DNA of 64,000 nucleotides, taken from contig OZ024744.1 of NCBI GenBank assembly GCA_964016885.1, positions 77,934,001 through 77,998,000 on the forward strand, read 5' to 3'. Source of the DNA: Eledone cirrhosa. Its lineage: Eukaryota. Made by a program: the position numbers and the translations under genes. Position 1 is the first letter of the stretch, and the number at the start of each line of letters is the position of its first letter. Shown here one piece after another: positions 42,601-56,319 of this stretch. Below the pieces are notes generated by a model. The model did no database searches, had not been told where the DNA came from, and was given only the letters and a program-made list of their open reading frames with translations.

Positions 42601-45600
42601 AGTCTGTGGTGAGATATAGTCTGTAGTGTGATATAGTCTATGGTGTGATATAGTATATGGTAAGATATAGTCTGCGCTGAGATATAGTCTGTAGTGAGAT
42701 ATAGTCTGGGGTGAGATATAGTCTGGGGTGAGATATAGTCTGTGATGAGATATAGTCTGGAGTGAGATATACTCTGTAGTGAGATATAGTCTGGGGTGAG
42801 CTATAGTCTGTGGTGAGATATAGTCTATGGTGTGATATAGTCTGTATTTAGATATAGTCTATGGTGGGATATAGTCTGGGGTGAGATATAGTTTCTGGTG
42901 AAATATAGTCTATGGTGAGATATAGTCTGTTGTGAGATATAGTCTATGGTGTGATATAGTACATGGTAAGATATAGTCTGCGCTGAGATATAGTCTGTAG
43001 TGAGATATAGTCTGGGGTGAGTTAAAGTCTGTGGTGAGATATATTCTGTAGTGAGATATAGTCTGTGGTGAGATAGAGTCTGTAGTGAGATATAGTCTGT
43101 GGTGAGATATAATCTGTGGTGAGATATAGTCTGTGGTGACATATAGTCTGTTGTGAGATATAGTCTGTGGTGAGATATAGTCTGTGGTGAGATATAGTCT
43201 GTGGTGTGTTATAGTCTGGGATGAGATATAGTCTGTGGGAGGTATAGTCTATGGTGAGATATAGTCTGTGGTGAGATATAGTCTGTAGTGAGATATACTC
43301 TGTGGTGAGATATAGTGTGGGATGATATATAGTCTGTGGTGAGATATAGTCTGTGGTGAGATATAGTCTGGATTGGGATATAGTCTCTGGTGAGATATAG
43401 TCTGGATGGAGATATAGTCTGGGGTGAGATATAGTCTGTAGTGAGATATAGTATGTGGTGAGATATAGTCTGGAGTGAGATATAGTCTGGGGTGAGATAT
43501 AGTCTGGGGTGATATATAGTCTGTGGTGAGATATAATCTGTGGTGAGATATAGTCTGTCGTGAGATATAGTGTATGGTGTGATATAGTCTGTGGCAATAT
43601 ATAATCTGGGGTGCTATATAGTCTGGTCTGAGATATAGTCTGTATTTAGATATAGTCTATGGTGGGATATAGTCTGTGGTAAGATATAGTCTGTAGTGAG
43701 ATATAGTCTGTGGTGAGATATAGTCTGTAGTGAGATATAGTCTGAGGTGAGATATACTCTGGGGTGATATATAGTCTGGGGTGAGATATAGTCTGTAGTG
43801 AGATATAGTCTGTGGTGAGATATAGTGTGGGGTGAGTTATAGTCTGTGGTGAGATATAGTCTGTAGTCAGATATAGTCTGGGGTGAGATATTGTCTGGGG
43901 TGAGATATAGTCTGTAGTGAGACATAGTCTGTGGTGAGATATAGTCTGGGGTGAGATATAGTATGTGGTGAGATATAGTCTGTGGTGAGATATAGTCTGT
44001 GGTGAGATATAGTCTGTGGTGATATATAGTCTGGGGTGCGATATAGTCTGTGGTGTGATATAGTCTGTAGTGAGATATAGTCTGTGGTGAGGTATAGTCT
44101 GTGGTAAGATATAGTCTGGGGTGAGATATAGTCTGTGCTGAGATATAGTCTGTAGTGAGATATAGTCTGGGGTGCGATATAGTCTGGGGTGAGCTATAGT
44201 CTGTGGCGAGATATAGTCTGTGGTGAGATATAGTCTGTGGTGATATATAGTCTGGGGTGCGATATAGTCTGTGGTGAGATATAGTCTGTGGTGAGATATA
44301 GTCTGTAGTGAGATATAGTCTGGGGTGAGATATATTCTGTACTGAGATATAGTCTGTGGTGAGATATAGTCTGTGGTGAGATATAGTGTGGGGTGAGTTA
44401 TAGTCTGTGGTGAGATATAGTCTGTAGTCAGATATAGTCTGGGGTGAGATATAGTCTGGGGTGAGATATAGTCTGTAGTGAGACATAGTCTGTGGTGAGA
44501 TATAGTCTGGGGTGAGATATAGTATGTGGTGAGATATAGTCTGTGGTGAGATGTAGTCTGTGGTGAGATATAGTCTGTAGTGAGATATAGTCTATGGTGT
44601 GATATAGTATATGGTAAGATATAGTCTGCGCTGAGATGTAGTCTGTAGTGAGATATAGTCTGGGGTGAGATATAGTCTGGGGTGAGATATAGTCTGTGAT
44701 GAGATATAGTCTGGTATGAGATATAGTCTGGAGTGAGATATACTCTGTAGTGAGATATAGTCCGGGGAGAGATATAGTCTGGTGTGAGCTATAGTCTGTG
44801 GTGAGATATAGTCTGTGGTGAGATATAATCTGTAGTCAGATATAGTCTGGGGTGAGATATAGTCTGTGGTGAGGTATAGTCTGTGGTAAGATATAGTCTG
44901 GGGTGAGATATAGTCTGTGCTGAGATATAGTCTGTAGTGAGATATAGTCTGTGGTGAGATATATTCTGTACTGAGATATAGTCTGGGGTGAGATATAGTA
45001 TGTGGTGAGATATAGTCTGTGGTGAGATATAGTCTGTGGTGAGATATAGTCTGTGGTGAGATATAGTCTGTAGTGTGATATAGTCTATGGTGTGATATAG
45101 TATATGGTAAGATATATTCTGCGCTGAGATATAGTCTGTAGTGAGATATAGTCTGGGGTGAGATATAGTCTGTGATGAGATATAGTCTGGAGTGAGATAT
45201 ACTCTGTAGTGAGATATAGTCTGGGGTGAGCTATAGTCTGTGGTGAGATATAGTCTATGGTGTGATATAGTCTGTATTTAGATATAGTCTATGGTGGGAT
45301 ATAGTCTGGGGTGAGATATAGTTTCTGGTGAAATATAGTCTATGGTGAGATATAGTCTGTTGTGAGATATAGTCTATGGTGTGATATAGTACATGGTAAG
45401 ATATAGTCTGCGCTGAGATATAGTCTGTAGTGAGATATAGTCTGTGGCGAGATATAGTCTGGGGTGCGATATAGTCTGGGGTGAGCTATAGTCTGTGGCG
45501 AGATATAGTCTGTGGTGAGATATAGTCTGTGGTGATATATAGTCTGGGGTGCGATATAGTCTGTGGTGAGATATAGTCTGTGGTGAGATATAGTCTGTAG

Positions 45601-47750
45601 TGAGATAGAGTCTGTGGTGAGATATATTCTGTACTGAGATATAGTCTGTGGTGAGATATAGTCTGGAGTGAGATATAGTCTGTAGTAAGATATAGTCTGG
45701 GCTGAGATATAGTCTGGGGTGAGATATAGTCTGGGGTGAGATATAGTCTGTAGTGAGACATAGTCTGTGGTGAGATATAGTCTGGGGTGAGATATAGTAT
45801 GTGGTGAGATATAGTCTCTGGTGAGATATAGTCTGTGGTGAGATATAGTCTGTGGTGAGATATAGTCTGTAGTGTGATATAGTCTATGGTGTGATATAGT
45901 ATATGGTAAGATATAGTCTGCGCTGAGATATAGTCTGTAGTGAGATATAGTCTGGGGTGAGATATAGTCTGGGGTGAGATATAGTCTGTGATGAGATATA
46001 GTCTGGTGTGAGATATAGTCTGGAGTGAGATATACTCTGTAGTGAGATATAGTCTGGGGTGAGATATAGTCTGTGGTGAGATATAGTCTATGGTGTGATA
46101 TAGTCTGTATTTAGATATAGTCTATGGTGGGATATAGTCTGGGGTGAGATATAGTTTCTGGTGAAATATAGTCTATGGTGAGATATAGTCTGTTGTGATA
46201 TATAGTCTATGGTGTGATATAGTACATGGTAAGATATAGTCTGCGCTGAGATATAGTCTGTCGTGAGATATAGTCTATGGTGTGATATAGTCTGTGGCAA
46301 TATATAATCTGGGGTGCGATATAGTCTGGTCTGAGATATAGTCTGTATTTAGATATAGTCTATGGTGGGATATAGTCTGTGGTAAGATATAGTCTGTAGT
46401 GAGATATAGTCTGTGGTGAGATATAATCTGTAGTGAGATATAGTCTGAGGTGAGATATAGTCTGGGGTGATATATAGTCTGGGGTGAGATATAGTCTGTA
46501 GTGAGATATAGTCTGTGGTGAGATATAGTGTGGGGTGAGTTATAGTCTGTGGTGAGATATAGTCTGTAGTCAGATATAGTCTGGGGTGAGATATAGTCTG
46601 GGGTGAGATATAGTCTGTAGTGAGACATAGTCTGTGGTGAGATATAGTCTGGGGTGAGATATAGTATGTGGTGAGATATAGTCTGTGGTGAGATATAGTC
46701 TGTGGTGAGATATAGTCTGTAGTGAGATATAGTCTATGGTGTGATATAGTATATGGTAAGATATAGTCTGCGCTGAGATGTAGTCTGTAGTGAGATATAG
46801 TCTGGGGTGAGATATAGTCTGTGGTGAGATATAGTCTGTGATGAGATATAGTCTGGTGTGAGATATAGTCTGGAGTGAGATATACTCTGTAGTGAGATAT
46901 AGTCTGGGGAGAGATATAGTCTGGGGTGAGCTATAGTCTGTGGTGAGATATAGTCTGTGGTGAGATATAATCTGTAGTCAGATATAGTCTGAGGTGAGAT
47001 ATAGTCTGGGGGGGAGATATAGTCTGTGGTGAGATATAGTCTGTGGTGAGATATAGTCTGTAGTGACATACAGTTTGGTGTGAGATATAGTCTGGGGTGA
47101 GATATAGTCTGTGGTGAGGTATAGTCTGTAGTGAGATATAGTCTGTGGTGAGATATAGTCTGGGGTGAGTTATAGTCTGTGGTGAGATATAGTCTGTAGT
47201 GAGATATAGTCTGGGGTGAGATATAATCTGGGGTGAGATATAGTCTGGATTGAGATATAGTCTATGGTGAGATATAGTCTGGGGGGGAGATATAGTCTGT
47301 GGTGAGATATAGTCTGTGGTGAGATATAGTCTGTAGTGACATACAGTTTGGGGTGAGATATAGTCTGGGGTGAGATATAGTCTGTGGTGAGGTATAGTCT
47401 GTAGTGAGATATAGTCTTTGGTGAGATATAGTCTGGGGTGAGTTATAGTCTGTGGTGAGATATAGTCTGTAGTGAGATATAGTCTGGGGTGAGATATAAT
47501 CAGAGGTGAGATATAGTCTGTAGTGAGATATAGTCTGTGGTGAGATATAGTCTGGGGTGAGATATAGTCTGTGGTGAGATATAGTCTGTGGTGAGATATA
47601 GTCTCTAACGAGATATAGTCTGTGGTGAGATATAATCTGTGGTGAGATATAGTCTGTGGTGAGATATAGTCTGTTGTGAGATATAGTCTGTGGTGAGATA
47701 TAGTCTGTTGTGAGATATAGTCTGTTGTGAGATATAGTCTGTGGTGAGAT

Positions 47751-47790
47751 GAGCACTTTACACAATAATTTCATTATTATTATTATTATT
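47751..47790 (+). repeat. 40-bp insert, copy 6
   Basis: Same sequence; counterpart of copy 1 at +13,596. Confidence 0.97.
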
Positions 47791-49131
47791 ATAGTCTGTG
47801 GTGAGATATAGTGTGGGATGATATATAGTCTGTGGTGAGATATAGTCTGGGGTGAGGTATAGTTTGTGGTGAGATATAGTCTGTGGTGAGATATAGTCTG
47901 GATTGAGATATAGTCTATGGTGAGATATAATCTGGGGGGAGATATAGTCTGGGGTGAGATATAGTCTGTAGTGAGATATAGTATGTGGTGAGATATAGTC
48001 TGGAGTGAGATATAGTCTGGGGTGAGATATAGTCTGGGGTGAGATATAGTCTGTGGTGAGATATAATCTGTGGTGAGATATAGTCTGTAGTGAGATATAG
48101 TCTATGGTGTGATATAGTCTGTGGCAATATATAATCTGGGGTGCGATATAGTCTGGTCAGAGGTATAGTCTGTATTTAGATATAGTCTATGGTGGGATAT
48201 AGTCTGTGGTAAGATATAGTCTGTAGTCAGATATAGTCTGTGGTGAGATATAGTCTGTAGTGAGATATAGTCTGTGGTGAGATATAGTCTGTAGTGAGAT
48301 ATAGTCTGTGGTGAGATATAGTCTGGGGTGATATATAGTCTGGGGTGAGATATAGTCTGTGGTGAGATATAATCTGGGGTGAGATATAGTCTGTGGTGAG
48401 ATATAGTCTGTGGTGAGATATAGTCTGGGGTAAGATATAGTCTGTGGTGAAATATAGTCTGTAGTGCGATATAGTCTGTGGTGAGATATAGTCTGGGATG
48501 AGATATAGTCTGTAGTGAGATATAGTCTGTGGTGTGATATAGTCTGGGATGAGATATTGTCTGTAGTGAGATATAGGCTGTGGTGAGATATAGTCTATGG
48601 TGTGATATAGTCTGTGGTGAGATATAGTCTATGGTGACATATAGTCTGAGGTGAGATATAGTCTGTGGTGAGATATAGTCTGTAGTGAGATATAGTCTGG
48701 GGTGAGATATAGTCTGTGGGAGGTATAGTCTATGGTGACATATAATCTGGGGTGAGATATAGTCTCTAACGAGATATAGTCTGTAGTGAGATATAGTCCG
48801 TGGTGAGATATAGTCTGGGGTGAGTTATAGTCTGTGGTGAGATATAGTCTGTAGTGAGATATAGTCTGGGGTGAGATATAGTCTGGGGTGAGATATAGTC
48901 TGTAGTGAGATATAGTCCGTGGTGAGATATAGTCTGGGGTGAGATATAGTCTGTGGTGAGATATAATCTGTGGTGAGATATAGTCTGTGGTGAGATATAG
49001 TCTGTTGTGAGATATAGTCTGTGGTGAGATATAGTCTGTGGTGATATATAGTCTGGGATGAGATATAGTCTGTGGGAGGTATAGTCTATGGTGAGATATA
49101 GTCTGTGGTGAGATATAGTCTGTAGTGAGAT

Positions 49132-49171
49132 GAGCACTTTACACAATAATTTCATTATTATTATTATTATT
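49132..49171 (+). repeat. 40-bp insert, copy 7
   Basis: Same sequence; counterpart of copy 2 at +13,665. Confidence 0.97.
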
Positions 49172-50140
49172 ATAGTCTGTGGTGAGATATAGTGTGGGAT
49201 GATATATAGTCTGTGGTGAGATATAGTCTGGGGTGAGATATAGTCTGGATTGAGATATAGTCTATGGTGAGATATAGTCTGGGGGGAGATATAGTCTGGG
49301 GTGAGATATAGTCTGGGGTGAGATATAGTCTGTGGTGAGATATAATCTGTGGTGAGATATAGTCTGTAGAGAGAAATAGTCTATGGTGTGATATAGTCTG
49401 TGGCAATATATAATCTGGGGTGCGATATAGTCTGGTCTGAGGTATAGTCTGTATTTAGATATAGTCTATGGTGGGATATAGTCTGTGCTAAGATATAGTC
49501 TGTAGTCAGATATAGTCTGTGGTGAGATATAGTCTGTAGTGAGATATAGTCTGAGGTGAGATATAGTCTGGGGTGATATATAGTCTGGGGTGAGATATAG
49601 TCTGTGGTGAGATATAGTCTGTAGTCAGATATAGTCTGAGGTGAGATATAGTATGTGGTGAGATATAGTCTGTGGTGAGATATAGTCTGGAATGAGATAT
49701 AGTCTGTGGTGAGATATAGTCTGTGGTGAGATATAGTCTGTGGTGAGATATAGTCTGTGGTGAGATATAGTCTGTAGTGACATACAGTTTGGGGTGAGAT
49801 ATAGTCTGGGGTGAGATATAGTCTGTGGTGAGGTATAGTCTGTAGTGAGATATAGTCTGTGGTGAGATATAGTCTGGGGTGAGTTATAGTCTGTGGTGAG
49901 ATATAGTCTGTAGTGAGATATAGTCTGGGGTGAGATATAATCAGAGGTGAGATATAGTCTGTAGTGAGATATAGTCTGTGGTGAGATATAGTCTGGGGTG
50001 AGATATAGTCTGTGGTGAGATATAGTCTGTGGTGAGATATAGTCTCTAACGAGATATAGTCTGTGGTGAGATATAATCTGTGGTGAGATATAGTCTGTGG
50101 TGAGATATAGTCTGTTGTGAGATATAGTCTGTGGTGAGAT

Positions 50141-50180
50141 GAGCACTTTACACAATAATTTCATTATTATTATTATTATT
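50141..50180 (+). repeat. 40-bp insert, copy 8
   Basis: Same sequence; counterpart of copy 3 at +13,597. Confidence 0.97.
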
Positions 50181-51560
50181 ATAGTCTGTGGTGAGATATA
50201 GTGTGGGATGATATATAGTCTGTGGTGAGATATAGTCTGGAGTGAGATATAGTTTGTGGTGAGATATAGTCTGTGGTGAGATATAGTCTGGATTGAGATA
50301 TAGTCTATGGTGAGATATAGTCTGGGGGGAGATATAGTCTGGGGTGAGATATAGTCTATGGTGTGATATAGTCTGTGGCAATATATAATCTGGGGTGCGA
50401 TATAGTCTGGTCAGAGTTATAGTCTGTATTTAGATATAGTCTATGGTGCGATATAGTCTGTGGTAAGATATAGTCTGTAGTCAGATATAGTCTGTGGTGA
50501 GATATAGTCTGTAGTGAGATATAGTCTGTGGTGAGATATAGTCTGTAGTGAGATATAGTCTGTGGTGAGATATAGTCTGGGGTGATATATAGTCTGGGGT
50601 GAGATATAGTCTGTGGTGAGATATAGTCTGGGGTGAGATATAGTCTGTGGTGAGATATAGTCTGTAGTGAGATATAGTCTGAGGTGAGATATAGTCTGGG
50701 GTGATATATAGTCTGGGGTGAGATATAGTCTGGTGTGAGATATAGTGTGGGGTGATATATAGTCTGTGGTGAGATATAGTCTGGGGGGGAGATATAGTCT
50801 GTGGTGAGATATAGTCTGGGGGGGAGATATAGTCTGTGGTGAGATATAGTCTGTGGTGAGATATAGTCTGTAGTGACATACAGTTTGGGGTGAGATATAG
50901 TCTGGGGTGAGATATAGTCTGTCGTGAGGTATAGTCTGTAGTGAGATATAGTCTGTGGTGAGATATAGTCTGTGGTGAGTTATAGTCTGTGGTGAGATAT
51001 AGTCTGTAGTGAGATATAGTCTGGGGTGAGATATAATCTGGGGTGAGATATAGTCTGTAGTAAGATATAATCTGTGGTGAGATATAGTCTGGGGTGAGAT
51101 ATAGTCTGGATTGAGATATAGTCTATGGTGAGATATAGTCTGGGGGGGAGATATAGTCTGTGGTGAGATATAGTCTGTGGTGAGATATAGTCTGTAGTGA
51201 CATACAGTTTGGGGTGAGATATAGTCTGGGGTGAGATATAGTCTGTGGTGAGGTATAGTCTGTAGTGAGATATAGTCTGTGGTGAGATATAGTCTGGGGT
51301 GAGTTATAGTCTGTGGTGAGATATAGTCTGTAGTGAGATATAGTCTGGGGTGAGATATAATCAGAGGTGAGATATAGTCTGTAGTGAGATATAGTCTGTG
51401 GTGAGATATAGTCTGGGGTGAGATATAGTCTGTGGTGAGATATAGTCTGTGGTGAGATATAGTCTCTAACGAGATATAGTCTGTGGTGAGATATAATCTG
51501 TGGTGAGATATAGTCTGTGGTGAGATATAGTCTGTTGTGAGATATAGTCTGTGGTGAGAT

Positions 51561-51600
51561 GAGCACTTTACACAATAATTTCATTATTATTATTATTATT
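51561..51600 (+). repeat. 40-bp insert, copy 9
   Basis: Same sequence; counterpart of copy 4 at +13,461. Confidence 0.97.
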
Positions 51601-53112
51601 ATAGTCTGTGGTGAGATATAGTGTGGGATGATATATAGTCTGTGGTGAGATATAGTCTGGGGTGAGATATAGTTTGTGGTGAGATATAGTCTGTGGTGAG
51701 ATATAGTCTGGATTGAGATATAGTCTATGGTGAGATATAGTCTGGGGGGAGATATAGTCTGGGGTGAGATATAGTCTGTAGTGAGATATAGTATGTGGTG
51801 AGATATAGTCTGGAGTGAGATATAGTCTGGGGTGAGATATAGTCTGGGGTGAGATATAGTCTGTGGTGAGATATAATCTGTGGTGAGATATAGTCTGTAG
51901 TGAGATATAGTCTATGGTGTGATATAGTCTGTGGCAATATATAATCTGGAGTGCGATATAGTCTGGTCAGAGGTATAGTCTGTATTTAGATATAGTCTAT
52001 GGTGGGATATAGTCTGTGGTAAGATATAGTCTGTAGTCAGATATAGTCTGTGGTGAGATATAGTCTGTAGTGAGTTATAGTCTGTGGTGAGATATAGTCT
52101 GTATTGAGATATAGTCTGTGGTGAGATATAGTCTGGGGTGATATATAGTCTGGGGTGAGATATAGTCTGTGGTGAGATATAGTCTGGGGTGAGATATAGT
52201 CTGTGGTGAGATATAGTCTGTGGTGAGATATAGTCTGGGGTAAGATATAGTCTGTGGTGAAATATAGTCTGTAGTGCGATATAGTCTGTGGTGAGATATA
52301 GTCTGGGATGAGATATAGTCTGTAGTGAGATATAGTCTGTGGTGTGATATAGTCTGGGATGAGATATTGTCTGTAGTGAGATATAGGCTGTGGTGAGATA
52401 TAGTCTATGGTGTGATATAGTCTGTGGTGAGATATAGTCTATGGTGACATATAGTCTGAGGTGAGATATAGTCTGTGGTGAGATATAGTCTGTAGTGAGA
52501 TATAGTCTGGGGTGAGATATAGTCTGGGGTGAGATATAATCTGTGGTGAGGTATAGTCTGTAGTGAGATATAGTCTGTGGTGAGATATAGTCTGGGGTGA
52601 GTTATAGTCTGTGGTGAGATATAGTCTGTAGTGAGATATAGTCTGGGGTGAGATATAGTCTGGGGTGAGATATAGTCTGTAGTGAGATATAGTCCGTGGT
52701 GAGATATAGTCTGGGGTGAGATATAGTCTGTGGTGAGATATAGTCTGTGGTGAGATATAGTCTCTAACGAGATATAGTCTGTAGTGAGATATAGTCCGTG
52801 GTGAGATATAATCTGGGGTGAGATATAGTCTGTAGTGAGATATAGTCTGGGGTGAGATATAGTCTGGGGTGAGATATAGTCTGTAGTGAGATATAGTCCG
52901 TGGTGAGATATAGTCTGTGGTGAGGTATAGTCTGTGGTGAGATATAATCTGTGGTGAGATATAGTCTGTGGTGAGATATAGTCTGTTGTGAGATATAGTC
53001 TGTGGTGAGATATAGTCTGTGGTGATATATAGTCTGGGATGAGATATAGTCTGTGGGAGGTATAGTCTATGGTGAGATATAGTCTGTGGTGAGATATAGT
53101 CTGTAGTGAGAT

Positions 53113-53152
53113 GAGCACTTTACACAATAATTTCATTATTATTATTATTATT
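53113..53152 (+). repeat. 40-bp insert, copy 10
   Basis: Same sequence; counterpart of copy 5 at +13,461. Confidence 0.97.
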
Positions 53153-55922
53153 ATAGTCTGTGGTGAGATATAGTGTGGGATGATATATAGTCTGTGGTGA
53201 GATATAGTCTGGGGTGAGATATAGTCTGGATTGAGATATAGTCTATGGTGAGATATAGTCTGTGGGGAGATATAGTCTGGGGTGAGATATAGTCTGTAGT
53301 GAGATATAGTATGTGGTGAGATATAGTCTGGAATGAGATATAGTCTGGGGTGAGATATAGTCTGGGGTGAGATATAGTCTGTGGTGAGATATAATCTGTG
53401 GTGAGATATAGTCTGTAGAGAGAAATAGTCTATGGTGTGATATAGTCTGTGGCAATATATAATCTGGGGTGCGATATAGTCTGGTCTGAGGTGTAGTCTG
53501 TATTTAGATATAGTCTATGGTGGGATATAGTCTGTGGTAAGATATAGTCTGTAGTCAGATATAGTCTGTGGTGAGATATAGTCTGTAGTGAGATATAGTC
53601 TGAGGTGAGATATAGTCTGGGGTGATATATAGTCTGGGGTGAGATATAGTCTGTGGTGAGATATAGTCTGTAGTCAGATATAGTCTGAGGTGAGATATAG
53701 TATGTGGTGAGATATAGTCTGTGGTGAGATATAGTCTGGAATGAGATATAGTCTGTGGTGAGATATAGTCTGTGGTGAGATATAGTCTGTGGTGAGATAT
53801 AGTCTGTGGTGAGATATAGTCTGTAGTGAGATATAGTCTATGGTGTGATATAGTATATGGTAAGATATAGTCTGCGCTGAGATATAGTCTGTAGTGAGAT
53901 ATAGTCTGGGGTGAGATATAGTCTGTGGTGAGATATAGTCTGTGGTGAGATATAGTCTGTGGTGATATATAGTTTGGGGTGAGATATAGTTTGTGGTGAA
54001 ATATAGTCTATGGAGAGATATAGTCTGTAGTGAGATATAGTCTATGGTGTGATATAGTATATGGTAAGATATAGTCTGCGCTGTGATATATTCTGTAGTG
54101 AGATATAGTCTGGGGTGAGATAAAGTCTGTGGTGAGATATAGTCTGTAGTGAGATATAGTCTGTGGTGTGATATAGTCTGTAGTGAGATATAGTCTGTGG
54201 TGAGGTATAGTCTGTGGTAAGATATAGTCTGGGGTGAGATATAGTCTGGGGTGAGATATAGTCTGTGGGGAGATATAGTCTGTGGTGAGATATATTCTGT
54301 ACTGAGATATAGTCTGTGGTGAGATATATTCTGTACTGAGATATAGTCTGTGGTGAGATATAGTCTGTGGCGAGATTTAGTCTGGGGTGCGATATAGTCT
54401 GGGGTGAGCTATAGTCTGTGGCGAGATATAGTCTGTGGTGAGATATAGTCTGTGGTGATATATAGTCTGTGGTGAGATATAGTCTGTAGTGAGATATAGT
54501 CTGTGGTGAGATATATTCTGTACTGAGATATAGTCTGTGGTGAGATATAGTCTGGAGTGAGATATAGTCTGTAGTAAGATATAGTCTGGGGTGAGATATA
54601 GTCTGGGGTGAGATATAGTCTGTAGTGAGACATAGTCTGTGGTGAGATATAGTCTAGGGTGAGATATAGTATGTGGTGAGATATAGTCTGTGGTGAGATA
54701 TAGTCTGTAATGAGATATAGTCTGTGGTGAGATATAGTCTGTGGTGAGATTTAGTCTGTGGTGAGATATAGTCTGTGGTGAGATATAGTCTGGGGTGAGA
54801 TATAGTCTGGGGTGAGATATAGTCTGTGATGAGATATAGTCTGGTGTGAGATATAGTCTGGAGTGAGATATACTCTGTAGTGAGATATAGTCTGGGGTGA
54901 GCTATAGTCTGTGGTGAGATATAATCTATGGTGGGATATAGTCTGGATTGAGATATAGTCTATGGTGAGATATAGTCTGGATGGAGATATAGTCTGGGGT
55001 GAGATATAGTCTGTAGTGAGATATAGTATGTGGTGAGATATAGTCTGGAGTGAGATATAGTCTGGGGTGAGATATAGTCTGGGGTGAGATATAGTCTGTG
55101 GTGAGATATAATCTGTGGTGAGATATAGTCTGTCGTGAGATATAGTCTATGGTGTGATATAGTCTGTGGCAATATATAATCTGGGGTGCGATATAGTCTG
55201 GTCTGAGATATAGTCTGTATTTAGATATAGTCTATGGTGGGATATAGTCTGTGGTAAGATATAGTCTGTAGTGAGATATAGTCTGAGGTGAGATATAGTC
55301 TGGGGTGATATATAGTCTGTGGTGAGATATAGTCTCGGGTGAGATATAGTCTCTGGTCAGATATAGTCTGTGGCGAGATATATTCTGTGGTGAGATATAG
55401 TCTGTAGTGAGATATAGTCTGAGGTGAGATATAGTCTGTGGTGATATATAGTCTGTAGTGAGATATAGTCTGTGGTGAGATATAGTCTGGGGTTAGCTAT
55501 AGTCTGTGGTGAGGTATAGTCTGTGGTAAGTTATAGTCTGGGGTGAGATATAGTGTGGGGTGATATATAGTCTGTGGTGAGATATAGTCGGGGGGGGGAG
55601 ATATAGTCTGTGGTGAGATATAGTCTGTGGTGAGATATAGTCTGTAGTGACATACAGTTTGGGGTGAGATATAGTCTGGGGTGAGATATAGTCTGTGGTG
55701 AGGTATAGTCTGTAGTGAGATATAGTCTGTGGTGAGATATAGTCTGGGGTGAGTTATAGTCTGTGGTGAGATATAGTCTGTAGTGAGATATAGTCTGGGG
55801 TGAGATATAATCTGGGGTGAGATATATTCTGTAGTAAGATATAATCTGTGGTGAGATATAGTCTGGGGTGAGATATAGTCTGGATTGAGATATAGTCTGT
55901 GGTGAGGTATAGTCTGTGGTAA

Positions 55923-56319
55923 TATATCTCACCCCAGACTATATCTCCCTACAGACTATATCTCAGCGCAGACTATATCTTACCATATACTATATCACAC
56001 CATAGACTATATCTCACTACAGACTATATCTCACCCCAGACTATATCTCACCACAGACTATGTCTCACTACAGACTATATCTCACCCCAGACTCTATCTC
56101 ACCCCAGACTATATCTGACTACAGACTATATCTCACCACAGACTATAACTCACCCCACACTATATCTCACCACAGACTATATCTCACTACAGACTATATC
56201 TCACCCCAGACTATATATCACCCCAGACTATATCTCACCTCAGACTATATCTCACTACAGACTATATCTCACCACAGACTATATCTCACTACAGTCTATA
56301 TCATACCACAGACTATATC
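55923..56319 (-). repeat. Inverted block of ~23 satellite units
   Basis: The + strand switches to (CACAGACTATATCTCAC)n at ...GGTAA|TATATCTCACCCC and reverts at ...GACTATATC|GAGATATAGTC. It is the only place in the array where the periodic ORF lies on the + strand (56,060-56,335). Confidence 0.98.

Larger units (their letters stand above)
28030..55270 (+). repeat. ~13.5-kb tandem higher-order duplication: copy A ~28.0-41.6 kb, copy B ~41.6-55.1 kb; boundaries approximate
   Basis: Near-identical ORFs and inserts recur at consistent offsets: 28073/41686 (+13,613), 30018/43614 and 33138/46734 (+13,596), 35101/48766 (+13,665), 36028/49625 (+13,597), and 37020/50481 through 41499/54960 (+13,461). 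Confidence 0.93.

Noticed and set aside
35101-53136. ORFs starting MKLLCKVLIS, superficially like signal peptides
   Set aside because: This is the antisense reading of the 40-bp insert. There is no hydrophobic core, and the rest is satellite translation.
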